DNA from: Eledone cirrhosa
Lineage: Eukaryota
DNA length: 64,000 bases
NCBI GenBank assembly: GCA_964016885.1
Contig: OZ024741.1
Coordinates: 9,610,001-9,674,000, forward strand
Reading direction: 5' to 3'
Below, piece after piece: positions 15,001 through 29,049 of this stretch (position 1 is the stretch's first letter; each line of letters starts with the position of its first letter). Both the position numbers and the translations under genes were made by a program. The notes below the pieces were generated by a model. The model did no database searches and was not told the origin of the DNA. It was given only the letters and a program-made list of their open reading frames with translations.

Positions 15001-18000
15001 GACTAAAGGTACCAGAGTGTTGAAACTAAAGGTACCACAGTTTTGTAATTAAAGGTACCACAGTGTTGAAACTAAAGGTACCACAGTGTCGAAACTAAAG
15101 GTACGACAGTGTTGAAACTAAAGGTACCACAGTGTTGAAACTAAAGGTATCATAGTGTTGAAACTAAAGGTACCACAGTGTTGTAACTAAAGGAAACACA
15201 GTGTTGAAACTAAATGTATCACAATGTTAAAACTAAATGTACCACAGTGATGTAACTAACGGTACCACAATGTTGTCACTAAATGTACCAGAGTTTTCAA
15301 ACGAAATGTATCACAGTGTTGAAACTAAAGGTACCTTAGTGTTGAAACTAAAGGTACCATAGTGTTGTAACTAAAGGTATCAGAATGTTGAAACTAAAGG
15401 TACCACAGTGTTGCAACTAAACGTACCACAGTGTTGAAACTAAACTACCACAATGTAGAAACTAAAAAACTACCACATTGTTGAAACTAAAGGTATCACA
15501 TTGTTGAAACTAAAGCTACCACAGTGTTGAAACTAAAGTATCACAGAGTTGAAACTAAAGGTATCACAGTTTTTAAACTAAAGTACCACAGTGTTGAAAC
15601 TAAAGTACCAGAGTGTTGAAACTAAAGGTACCACAGTGTTGAAACTAAATGTACCACAGTGTTGAAACTAAAGGTATCAGAGTGTTGAAACTAAATGTAC
15701 CACAGTGTTGAAACTAAAGGTACCACAGTGTTGAAACTAAAGGTACCACGGTGGTGAAACTAAAGGTTCCACAGTGATGTAACTGAAGGTACCACAGTGT
15801 TGAAACTAAAGGTATCACAGTGTTGAAACTAAAGGTACCACAGTGTTGTAACTAAAGGTTCCACAGTGTTGAAACTAAATGTATCACAATGTTGAAACTA
15901 AAGGTACCACAGTGATGTAACTAATGGTACCACAATGTTGTAACTAAATGTACCAGAGTGTTCAAACTAAATGTATCATAGTGTTGAAACTATAGGTACC
16001 TCAGTGTTGAAACTAAAGGTACTACAGTGTTGTAACTAAAGGTACCACAGTGTTGAAACTAGATCTATCAGAGTGTTGAAACTAAAGGTACCACAGTGTT
16101 GAAATTAAAGGTATCACAGTGTTGAAACTAAAGATACCACAGTGACTTAACTAAAGGTACCACAGTGTTGAAACTAAAGTACCATGGTGTTGTAATTAAA
16201 GGTACCACAGTGTTGAAACTAAAGGTACCACAGTGATGTAACTAACGGTAACACAATGTTGTAACTAAATGTACCAGAGTGTTCAAACTAAATGTATCAT
16301 AGTGTTGAAACTAAAGGTACCTCAGTGTTGAAACTAAAGGAACCATAGTGTTGTAACTAAAGGTACCACAGTTTTGTAACTAAAGGTTTCAGAATGTTGT
16401 AACTAAAGGTACCACAGTGTTGAAACTAAAGGTACCACAGTGTTGCAAATAAAGGTACCACAGTGTTGAAACTAAAACTACCACAATGTAGAAACTAAAA
16501 CTACCACATTGTTGAAACTAAAGGTATCACAGTGTTGAAACCAAAGCTACCACAGTGTTGAAACTAACGTACCACAGTGTTGAACCTAAAGGTATCACAG
16601 TTTTGAAACTAAAGTACCACAGTGTTGAAACTAAAGTACCAGAGTGTTGAAACTAAAGGTACCACAGTGTTGAAACTAAAGGTACCACAGTGTTGAAACT
16701 AATGGTACCACAGTGTTGTAACTAAAGTTATCAGAGTGTTGAAGCTAAAGGTACCAGTGTGATGTAACTAAATATACCACAGTGTTGAAACTAAATGTAC
16801 CACAATGTTGTAACTTAACGTACCACAGTGTTAAAACTAAAGGTACCACGGTGGTGAAACTAAAGGTTCCACAGTGATATAACTGAAGGTACCACAGTGT
16901 TGAAACTAAAGGTACCTCAGTGTTGAAACTAAAGGTACCATAGTGTTGAAACTAACGTACCACAGTGTTGAACCTAAAGGTATCACAGTTTTGAAACTAA
17001 AGTACCACAGTGTTGAAACTAAAGTACCAGAGTGTTGAAACTAAAGGTACCACAGTGTTGAAACTAAAGGTACCACCGTGCTGTAACTAAAGGTATCAGA
17101 ATGTTGTAACTAAATTTACCACAGTGTTGAAACTAAAGGTACCACAGTGTTGCAACTAAAGATACCACAGTGTTGAAACTAAAACTACCACACTGTAGAA
17201 ACTAAAACTACCACAGTGTTGAAACTAAAGCTACCACAGTGTTGAAACTAAAGTACCACAGTGTTAAAACTAAAGGTACCAGAGTGTTGAAACTAAAGGT
17301 ACCACAGTGTTGTAATTAAATGTACCAGAGTGTTGAAACTAATGGTACCACAGTGTTGTAACTAAAGATACCACAGTGTTGAAACTAAAGGTACCACAGT
17401 GTTGAAACTAAAGGTACCACGGTGGTGAAACTAAAGGTTCCACAGTGATGTAACTGAAGGTACCACAGTGTTGAATCTAAAGGTATCAGAGTGTTGAAGC
17501 TAAAGGTACCAGAGTGATGTAACTAAATGTACAACAGTGTTGAAACTAAAGGTACCACAATGTTGTAACTAAACGTACCACAGTGTTAAAACTAAAGGTA
17601 CCACAGTGCTGAAACTAAAGGTATCAGAATGTTGTAACTAAATTTACCACAGTGTTGAAATTAAAGATGTCACAGTGTTGAAACTAAAGGTACCACAGTG
17701 TTGAAACTAAAGGTGCCACAGTATTGTATCTAAAGGTACCACAGTGTTGTAACTAAAGGTACCACGGTGGTGAAACTAAAGGTACCACAGTGATTAACTA
17801 AAGGTACCACAGTGTTGTAACTAAATGTACCATAGTGTTGAAACTAATGGTACCACAGTGTTGTAACTAAAGATACCACAGTGTTGAAACTAAAGGTACC
17901 ACAGTGTTGAAACTAATGGTATCACAGTGTTGAAACTAAAGGTACGACTGTGATGTAACTAAATGTACCATAGTGTTGAAACTAAAGGTACCACAGTGTT

Positions 18001-18324
18001 GAAATTAAAGGTACCACAGTGTTGAAACTAAAGGTATCACAGTGTTGAAACTAAAGGTACCACAGTGTGGAAACTAAATATACCACAGTGTTGAAACTAA
18101 ACTACCACAATGTAGAAACTAAACCTACCACATTGTTGAAACTAAATGTATCACAGTGTTGAAACTAAATCTACCACAGTGTTGAAACTAAAGGTACAAC
18201 AGTGTTGAAACTAAAGGTATCAGAGTGTTGAAACTAAAGGTACCACAGTGTTGACACTAAAGGTACCACAGTGTTGAAACTAAAGGTACCACGGTGGTGA
18301 AACTAAAGGTTCCACAGTGATGTA

Positions 18325-21300
18325 ACTAAAGGTACCACAGTGTTGAAACTAATGGTACCACAATGTTGTAACTAAATGTACCAGAGTGTTCAAACTAAAT
18401 GTATCATAGTGTTGAAACTAAAGGTACCTCAGTGTTGAAACTAAAGGTACCACAGAGTTGAAACTAAACGTACCACAGTGTTGAAACTAAAGGTATCAGA
18501 GTGTTGAAACTGAAGGTACCACAGTGTTGAAACTAAAGGTACCACAGTGTTGAAACTAAAGGTACCCCAGTGTCGAAACTAAAGGTACGACAGTGTTGAA
18601 ACTAAAGGTACCACAGTGTTGAAACTAAAGGTATCACAGTGTTGAAACTAAAGGTACCACAGTGTTGTAACTAAAGGAACCACAGTGTTGAAACTAAATG
18701 TATCACAATGTTGAAACTAAATGTACCACAGTGATGTAACTAACGGTACCAGAATGTTGTAACTAAATGTACCAGAGTGTTCAAACTAAATGTATCATAG
18801 TGTTGAAACTAAAGGTACCTCAGTGTTGAAACTAAAGGTACCATAGTGTTGTAACTAAAGGTACCACAGTGTTGTAACTAAAGGTATCATAATGTTGTAA
18901 CTAAAGGTACCACAGTGTTGAAACGAAAGGTACCACAGTGTTGAAGCTAAAGGTATCAGAGTGTTGAAACTAAAGGTACCACAGTGTTGAAACAAAAGAT
19001 ACCACAGTGTTGAAACTAAAGATATCAGAGTGTTGAAACTAAAGGTACCACAGTGATGTATCTAAACGTACCACAGTGTTGAAACTAAAGGTATCAGATT
19101 GTTGAAACTAAGGGTATCAGATTGTTAAAACTAAAGGTTCCACAGTGTTGAAATTAAAAATACCACTGTGTTGAAACTAAAGGTACCACAGTGTTGAAAT
19201 TAAAGGTACCACAGTGTTGAAACTAAATGTAATAGAGTGTTGTAAATAAAGGTACCACAGTGTTGAAACTAAAGGTATCAGAGCGTTGAAACAAAATCTA
19301 CCACAATGATGTAACTAAGTGTGCCAGAGTCTTGAAACTAAGGGTACCACAGTGATGAAACTAAATGTACCACAGTGATGAAACTAAATGTACCAGTGTT
19401 GAAATTAAAGGTACCACAGTGTTGAAACTAAAGGTACCACAGTGTTGAAACTAAAGTATAACAGTGTTGAAATTAAAGGTACCACAGTGATGTAACTAAA
19501 GGTACCACAGTGTTGAAACTAATGGTACCATGGTGTTGTAACTAAAGATACCACAGTGTTGTAATTAAAGGTACCACAGTGTTGAAACTAAAGGTACCGC
19601 ATTGTCGAAACTAACGGTACGACAGTGTTGAAACTAAAGGTACCACAGTGTTGTAACTAAAGTTACCACCGTGTTGTAACTAAAAGTATCAGAATGTTGT
19701 AACTAAAGGTACCACAGTGTTGAAACTAAAGGTACCACAGTGTTACAACTAAAGGTACCACAGTGTTGAAACTTAAACTACCACACTGGAGAAACTAAAA
19801 CTACCACAGTGTTGAAACTAAAGGCATCACAGTGTTGAAACTAAAGCTACCACAGTGTTGAAACTAAAGCTACCACAGTGTTGAAACTAAAGTACCACAG
19901 TGTTGAAACTAAAGGTATCACAGTTTTGAAACTAAAGTACCACAGTGTTGAAACTAAAGTACCAGAGTGTTGAAACTAAAGGTACCACAGTGTTGAAACT
20001 AAAGGTACCACAGTGTTGAAACTAAAGGTATCAGAGTGTTGAAACTAAAGGTACCACAGTACTGAAATTAAAGGTATCAGAATGTTGTAACTAAAGTTAC
20101 CACAGTGTTGAAATTAAAGATGTCACAGTGTTGAAACTAAAGGTACCACTGTGTTGAAACAAAAGGTGCCACAGTATTGTAACTAAAGGTACCACAGTGT
20201 TGTAACTAATGGTACCACAGTGTTCAAACTAAAGGTACCACAATGTTGTAACTAAATGTACCACAGTGTTGAAACTAACGCTATCAGAATGTTGAAACTA
20301 AAGGTACCACAGTGTTGTAACTAAAGGTACCACAGTGTTGTAACTAAAGGTACCACAGTGTTGTAACTAAATGTACCATAGTGTTGAAACTAATGGTACC
20401 ACAGTGTTGTAACTAAAGATACCACAGTGTTGAAACTAAAGGTATCACAGTGTTGAGACTAAAGGTACCACAGTGTTGAAACTAAAGGTACCACAGTGTT
20501 GAAACTAATGGTACCACAATGTTGTAACTAAATGTACCAGAGTGTTCAAACTAAATGTATCATAGTGTTGAAACTAAAGGTACCTCAGTGTTGAAACTAA
20601 AGGTACCACAGAGTTGAAACTAAACGTACCACAGTGTTGAAACTAAAGGTATCAGAGTGTTGAAACTGAAGGTACCACAGTGTTGAAACTAAAGGTACCA
20701 CAGTGTTGAAACTAAAGGTACCCCAGTGTCGAAACTAAAGGTACGACAGTGTTGAAACTAAAGGTACCACAGTGTTGAAACTAAAGGTATCACAGTGTTG
20801 AAACTAAAGGTACCACAGTGTTGTAACTAAAGGAACCACAGTGTTGAAACTAAATGTATCACAATGTTGAAACTAAATGTACCACAGTGATGTAACTAAC
20901 GGTACCAGAATGTTGTAACTAAATGTACCAGAGTGTTCAAACTAAATGTATCATAGTGTTGAAACTAAAGGTACCTCAGTGTTGAAACTAAAGGTACCAT
21001 AGTGTTGTAACTAAAGGTACCACAGTGTTGTAACTAAAGGTATCATAATGTTGTAACTAAAGGTACCACAGTGTTGAAACGAAAGGTACCACAGTGTTGA
21101 AGCTAAAGGTATCAGAGTGTTGAAACTAAAGGTACCACAGTGTTGAAACAAAAGATACCACAGTGTTGAAACTAAAGATATCAGAGTGTTGAAACTAAAG
21201 GTACCACAGTGATGTATCTAAACGTACCACAGTGTTGAAACTAAAGGTATCAGATTGTTGAAACTAAGGGTATCAGATTGTTAAAACTAAAGGTTCCACA

Positions 21301-24300
21301 GTGTTGAAATTAAAAATACCACTGTGTTGAAACTAAAGGTACCACAGTGTTGAAATTAAAGGTACCACAGTGTTGAAACTAAATGTAATAGAGTGTTGTA
21401 AATAAAGGTACCACAGTGTTGAAACTAAAGGTATCAGAGCGTTGAAACAAAATCTACCACAATGATGTAACTAAGTGTGCCAGAGTCTTGAAACTAAGGG
21501 TACCACAGTGATGAAACTAAATGTACCACAGTGATGAAACTAAATGTACCAGTGTTGAAATTAAAGGTACCACAGTGTTGAAACTAAAGGTACCACAGTG
21601 TTGAAACTAAAGTATAACAGTGTTGAAATTAAAGGTACCACAGTGATGTAACTAAAGGTACCACAGTGTTGAAACTAATGGTACCATGGTGTTGTAACTA
21701 AAGATACCACAGTGTTGTAATTAAAGGTACCACAGTGTTGAAACTAAAGGTACCGCATTGTCGAAACTAACGGTACGACAGTGTTGAAACTAAAGGTACC
21801 ACAGTGTTGTAACTAAAGTTACCACCGTGTTGTAACTAAAAGTATCAGAATGTTGTAACTAAAGGTACCACAGTGTTGAAACTAAAGGTACCACAGTGTT
21901 ACAACTAAAGGTACCACAGTGTTGAAACTTAAACTACCACACTGGAGAAACTAAAACTACCACAGTGTTGAAACTAAAGGCATCACAGTGTTGAAACTAA
22001 AGCTACCACAGTGTTGAAACTAAAGCTACCACAGTGTTGAAACTAAAGTACCACAGTGTTGAAACTAAAGGTATCACAGTTTTGAAACTAAAGTACCACA
22101 GTGTTGAAACTAAAGTACCAGAGTGTTGAAACTAAAGGTACCACAGTGTTGAAACTAAAGGTACCACAGTGTTGAAACTAAAGGTATCAGAGTGTTGAAA
22201 CTAAAGGTACCACAGTACTGAAATTAAAGGTATCAGAATGTTGTAACTAAAGTTACCACAGTGTTGAAATTAAAGATGTCACAGTGTTGAAACTAAAGGT
22301 ACCACTGTGTTGAAACAAAAGGTGCCACAGTATTGTAACTAAAGGTACCACAGTGTTGTAACTAATGGTACCACAGTGTTCAAACTAAAGGTACCACAAT
22401 GTTGTAACTAAATGTACCACAGTGTTGAAACTAACGCTATCAGAATGTTGAAACTAAAGGTACCACAGTGTTGTAACTAAAGGTACCACAGTGTTGTAAC
22501 TAAAGGTACCACAGTGTTGTAACTAAATGTACCATAGTGTTGAAACTAATGGTACCACAGTGTTGTAACTAAAGATACCACAGTGTTGAAACTAAAGGTA
22601 TCACAGTGTTGAGACTAAAGGTACCACAGTGTTGAAACTAAAGGTACCACAGTGTTGAAACTAATGGTACCACAATGTTGTAACTAAATGTACCAGAGTG
22701 TTCAAACTAAATGTATCATAGTGTTGAAACTAAAGGTACCTCAGTGTTGAAACTAAAGGTACCACAGAGTTGAAACTAAACGTACCACAGTGTTGAAACT
22801 AAAGGTATCAGAGTGTTGAAACTGAAGGTACCACAGTGTTGAAACTAAAGGTACCACAGTGTTGAAACTAAAGGTACCCCAGTGTCGAAACTAAAGGTAC
22901 GACAGTGTTGAAACTAAAGGTACCACAGTGTTGAAACTAAAGGTATCACAGTGTTGAAACTAAAGGTACCACAGTGTTGTAACTAAAGGAACCACAGTGT
23001 TGAAACTAAATGTATCACAATGTTGAAACTAAATGTACCACAGTGATGTAACTAACGGTACCAGAATGTTGTAACTAAATGTACCAGAGTGTTCAAACTA
23101 AATGTATCATAGTGTTGAAACTAAAGGTACCTCAGTGTTGAAACTAAAGGTACCATAGTGTTGTAACTAAAGGTACCACAGTGTTGTAACTAAAGGTATC
23201 ATAATGTTGTAACTAAAGGTACCACAGTGTTGAAACGAAAGGTACCACAGTGTTGAAGCTAAAGGTATCAGAGTGTTGAAACTAAAGGTACCACAGTGTT
23301 GAAACAAAAGATACCACAGTGTTGAAACTAAAGATATCAGAGTGTTGAAACTAAAGGTACCACAGTGATGTATCTAAACGTACCACAGTGTTGAAACTAA
23401 AGGTATCAGATTGTTGAAACTAAGGGTATCAGATTGTTAAAACTAAAGGTTCCACAGTGTTGAAATTAAAAATACCACTGTGTTGAAACTAAAGGTACCA
23501 CAGTGTTGAAATTAAAGGTACCACAGTGTTGAAACTAAATGTAATAGAGTGTTGTAAATAAAGGTACCACAGTGTTGAAACTAAAGGTATCAGAGCGTTG
23601 AAACAAAATCTACCACAATGATGTAACTAAGTGTGCCAGAGTCTTGAAACTAAGGGTACCACAGTGATGAAACTAAATGTACCACAGTGATGAAACTAAA
23701 TGTACCAGTGTTGAAATTAAAGGTACCACAGTGTTGAAACTAAAGGTACCACAGTGTTGAAACTAAAGTATAACAGTGTTGAAATTAAAGGTACCACAGT
23801 GATGTAACTAAAGGTACCACAGTGTTGAAACTAATGGTACCATGGTGTTGTAACTAAAGATACCACAGTGTTGTAATTAAAGGTACCACAGTGTTGAAAC
23901 TAAAGGTACCGCATTGTCGAAACTAACGGTACGACAGTGTTGAAACTAAAGGTACCACAGTGTTGTAACTAAAGTTACCACCGTGTTGTAACTAAAAGTA
24001 TCAGAATGTTGTAACTAAAGGTACCACAGTGTTGAAACTAAAGGTACCACAGTGTTACAACTAAAGGTACCACAGTGTTGAAACTTAAACTACCACACTG
24101 GAGAAACTAAAACTACCACAGTGTTGAAACTAAAGGCATCACAGTGTTGAAACTAAAGCTACCACAGTGTTGAAACTAAAGCTACCACAGTGTTGAAACT
24201 AAAGTACCACAGTGTTGAAACTAAAGGTATCACAGTTTTGAAACTAAAGTACCACAGTGTTGAAACTAAAGTACCAGAGTGTTGAAACTAAAGGTACCAC

Positions 24301-24800
24301 AGTGTTGAAACTAAAGGTACCACAGTGTTGAAACTAAAGGTATCAGAGTGTTGAAACTAAAGGTACCACAGTACTGAAATTAAAGGTATCAGAATGTTGT
24401 AACTAAAGTTACCACAGTGTTGAAATTAAAGATGTCACAGTGTTGAAACTAAAGGTACCACTGTGTTGAAACAAAAGGTGCCACAGTATTGTAACTAAAG
24501 GTACCACAGTGTTGTAACTAATGGTACCACAGTGTTCAAACTAAAGGTACCACAATGTTGTAACTAAATGTACCACAGTGTTGAAACTAACGCTATCAGA
24601 ATGTTGAAACTAAAGGTACCACAGTGTTGTAACTAAAGGTACCACAGTGTTGTAACTAAAGGTACCACAGTGTTGTAACTAAATGTACCATAGTGTTGAA
24701 ACTAATGGTACCACAGTGTTGTAACTAAAGATACCACAGTGTTGAAACTAAAGGTATCACAGTGTTGAGACTAAAGGTACCACAGTGTTGAAACTAAAGG
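18325..24800. repeat. Higher-order repeat in satellite: 3 near-identical copies of a 2156-bp (about 94-monomer) block
   Basis: Rare variants recur at exact 2156 offsets: GGTACCCC at 18561/20717/22873; CCACACTGGAG at 19781/21937/24093. Confidence 0.92.
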
Positions 24801-27800
24801 TACCACAGTATTGAAACTAAAGGTACCACGGTGTTGAAACTAAAGGTATCAGTGTGTTGAAACTAAAGGTACCACAGTGTTGAAACTAAAATTACCACAG
24901 TGTTGTAACTAAAGATACGACAGTGTTGAAACTAACGGTACCACAGTGTTGAAACTAAAGGTATCATAGTGTTGAAACTAAAGGTACCACGGTGTTCAAA
25001 CTAAAGGTATCAGAGTGTTGAAACTAAAGGTACCACGGTGGTGAAACTAAAGGTACCACAGTGATGTAACTAAAGGTACAACAGTGTTGTAACTAAAGGT
25101 ACCACAGTGTTGTAACTAAAGGTACCACAGTGTTGAAACTAAATCTATCAGAGTGTTGAAAGTAAAGGTACCACAGTGATGTAACTAAATGTACCAGAGT
25201 GTTGAAACTAAAGGTACCACAGTGTTGAAATTAAAGTTACCACAGTGTTGAAACTAAAGGCATCACAGTGTTGAAATTAAAGGTACCACAGTGTTGAAAC
25301 TAAAACTACCACATTGTTGAAACTAAAGGTATCACAGTGTTGAAACTAAAGCTACCACAGTGTTGAAACTAAAGTATCACAGTGTTGAAACTAAAGCTAC
25401 CACAGTTTTGAAACTAAAGTACCACAGTGTTGAAACTAAAGTACCAGAGTGTTGAAACTAAAGGTACCACCGTGTTGAAACTAAAGGTACCACAGTGTTG
25501 AAACTAAAGGTATCAGAGTGTTGAAACTAAAGGTACCACAGTGTTGTAACTAAAGGAACCACAGTGTTGAAACTAAATGTATCACAATGTTGAAACTAAA
25601 GGTACCACAGTGATGTAACTAATGGTACCACAATGTTGTAACTAAATGTACCAGAGTGTTCAAACTAAATGTATCATAGTGTTGAAACTAAAGGTACCTC
25701 AGTGTTGAAACTAAAGGTACCACAGTGTTGAAACTAAAGGTACCACAGTGTTGAATCTAAAGGTATCAGGGTGTTGAAACTAAAGGTACCACAGTGTTGA
25801 AACTAAAGGTACCACAGTGTTGAAACTAAAGGTACGACAGTGTCTAAACTAAAGGTACGACAGTGTTGAAACTAAAGGTACCACAGTGTTGAAACTAAAG
25901 ATATCACAGTGTTGAAACTAAAGGTACCACAGTGTTGTAACTAAAGGAACCACAGTGTTGAAACTAAATGTATCACAATGTTGAAACTAAATGTACCACA
26001 GTGATGTAACTAACGGTACCACAATGTTGTAACTAAATGTACCAGAGTGTTCAAACTAAATGTATCATAGTGTTGAAACTAAAGGTACCTCAGTGTTGAA
26101 AATAAAGGTACCATAGTGTTGTAACTAAAGGTATCAGAATGTTGAAACTAAAGGTACCACAGTGTTGCAACTAAAGGTACCACAGTGTTGAAACTAAACT
26201 ACCACAATGTAGAAACTAAAACTACCACATTGTTGAAACTAAAGGTATCACAGTGTTGAAACTAAAGCTACCACAGTGTTGAAACTAAAGTATCACAGTG
26301 TTGAAACTAAAGGTACCACAGTGTTGAAACTAAAGGTATCAGAGTGTTGAAACTAAAGGTACCACAGTGTTGAAACTAAAGGTACCACAGTGTTGAAACT
26401 AAAGGTACCACGGTGGTGAAACTAAAGGTTCCACAGTGATATAACTGAAGGTACCACAGTGTTGAAACTAAAGGTATCACACTGTTGAAACTAAAGGTAC
26501 CACAGTGTTGTAACTAAAGGAACCACAGTGTTGAAACTAAATGTATCACAATGTTGAAACTAAAGGTACCACAGTGATGTAACTAATGGTACCACAATGT
26601 TGTAACTAAATGTACCAGAGTGTTCAAACTAAATGTATCATAGTGTTGAAACTAAAGGTACCTCAGTGTTGAAACTAAAGGTACCACAGTGTTGAAACTA
26701 AAGGTACCACAGTGTTGAAACTAAAGGTATCAGAGTGTTGAAACTAAAGGTACCACAGTGTTGAGACTAAAGGTACCACGGTGGTGAAACTAAAGGTTCC
26801 ACAGTGATGTAACTGAAGGTACCACAGTGTTGAATCTAAAGGTATCAGAGTGTTGAAACTAAAGGTACCAGAGTGATGTAACTAAATGTACCACAGTGTT
26901 GAAACTAAAGGTACCACAATGTTGTAACTAAACGTACCACAGTGTTAAACCTAAAGGTACCACAGTGCTGAAACTAAACGTATCAGAATGTTGCAACTAA
27001 AGTTACCACAGTGTTGAAATTAAAGATGTCACAGTGTTGAAACTAAAGGTACCACAGTGTTGAAACTAAAGGTGCCACAGTATTGTAACTAAAGGTACCA
27101 CAGTGTTGTAACTAAATGTACCATAGTGTTGAAACTAATGGTACCACAGTGTTGTAAATAAAGGTACCACAGTGTTGAATCTAAAGGTACCACAATGTTG
27201 TAACTAAATGTACCACAGTGTTGAAACTAACGCTATCAGAATGTTGAAACTAAAGGTAACACAGTGTTGAAACTAAAGGTATCATAGTGTTGAAAGTATA
27301 GGTACCACAGTGTTGAAACTAAAGGTACCACAGTGTCGAAACTAAAGGTACGACAGTGTTGAAACAAAAGGTACCACGGTGTTGAAACTAAAGGTATCAC
27401 AGTGTTGAAACTAAAGGTACCACAGTGTTGTAACTAAAGGAACCACAGTGTTGAAACTAAAGGAACCACAGTGTTGAAACTAAAGGACCCACAGTGTTGA
27501 AACTAAATGTACCACAGTGATGTAACTAACGGTACCACAATGTTGTAACTAAATGTACCAGAGTGTTCAAACTAAATGTATCATAGTGTTGAAACTAAAG
27601 GTACCTCAGTGTTGAAACTAAAGGAACCATAGTGTTGTAACTAACGGTACCACAGTGTTGTGACTAAAGGTATCAGAATGTTGTAACTAAAGGTACCACA
27701 GTGTTGAAACTAAATCTATCAGAGTGTTGAAATTAAAGGTACCACAGTGATGTAACTAAATGTACCAGAGTGTTGAAACTAAAGGTACCACAGTGTTGAA

Positions 27801-29049
27801 ATTAAAGTTACCACAGTGTTGAATCTAAAGGTATCACAGTGTTGAAATTAAAGGTACCACAGTGTTGAAACTAAAGGTACCACAGTGTTGAAACTAAAGG
27901 TATCACAGTGTTGAAACTAAAGGTACCATGATGTTGTAACTAAAGGTACCACAGTTTTGTAATTAAAGGTACCACAGTGTTGTAACTAAAGGAACCACAG
28001 TGTTGAAACTAAATGTATCACAATGTTGAAACTACATGTACCACAGTGATGTAACTAACGGTACCACAATGTTGTAACTAAATGTACCAGAGTGTTCAAA
28101 CTAAATGTATCATAGTGTTGAAACTAAAGCTACCTCAGTGTTGAAACTAAAGGTACCATAGTGTTGTAACTAAAGGTATCAGAATGTTGAAACTAAAGGT
28201 ACCACAGTGTTGCAACTAAAGGTACCAGAGTGTTGAAACTAAACTACCACAATGTAGAAACTAAAACTACCACATTGTTGAAACCTAAGGTATCACAGTG
28301 TTGAAACTAAAGCTACTACAGTGTTGAAACTAAAGTATCACAGTGTTGAAACTAAAGGTATCACAGTTTTGAAACTAAAGTACCACAGTGTTGAAACTAA
28401 AGTACCAGAGTGTTGAAACTAAAGTTACCACAGTGTTGAAACTAAAGGTACCACAGTGTTGAAACTAAAGGTATCAGAGTGTTGAAACTAAAGGTACCAC
28501 AGTGTTGAAACTAAAGGTACCACAGTGTTGAAACTAAAGGTACCACGGTGGTGAAACTAAAGGTTCCACAGTGATGTAACTGAAGGTACCACAGTGTTGA
28601 AACTAAAGGTATCACAGTGATGCAACTAAAGGTACCACAGTGTTGTAACTAAAGGAACCACAGTGTTGAAACTAAAGGTACCACAGTGTTGAAACTAAAG
28701 GTACCACAGTGTCGAAACTGAAGGTGCGACAGTGTTGAAACTAAAGGTACCACAGCGTTGAAACTAAAGGTATCACAGTGTTGAAACTAAAGGTACAACA
28801 GTGTTGTAACTAAAGGAACCACAGTGTTGAAACTAAATGTATCACAATGTTGAAACTAAATGTACCACAGTGATGTAACTAACGGTACCACAATGTTGTA
28901 ACTAAATGTACCAGAGTGTTCAAACTAAATGTATCATAGTGTTGAAACTAAAGGTACCTCAGTGTTGAAACTAAAGAAACCATAGTGTTGTAACTAAAGG
29001 TACCACAGTGTTGTAACTAAAGGTATCAGAATGTTGTAACTAAAGGTAC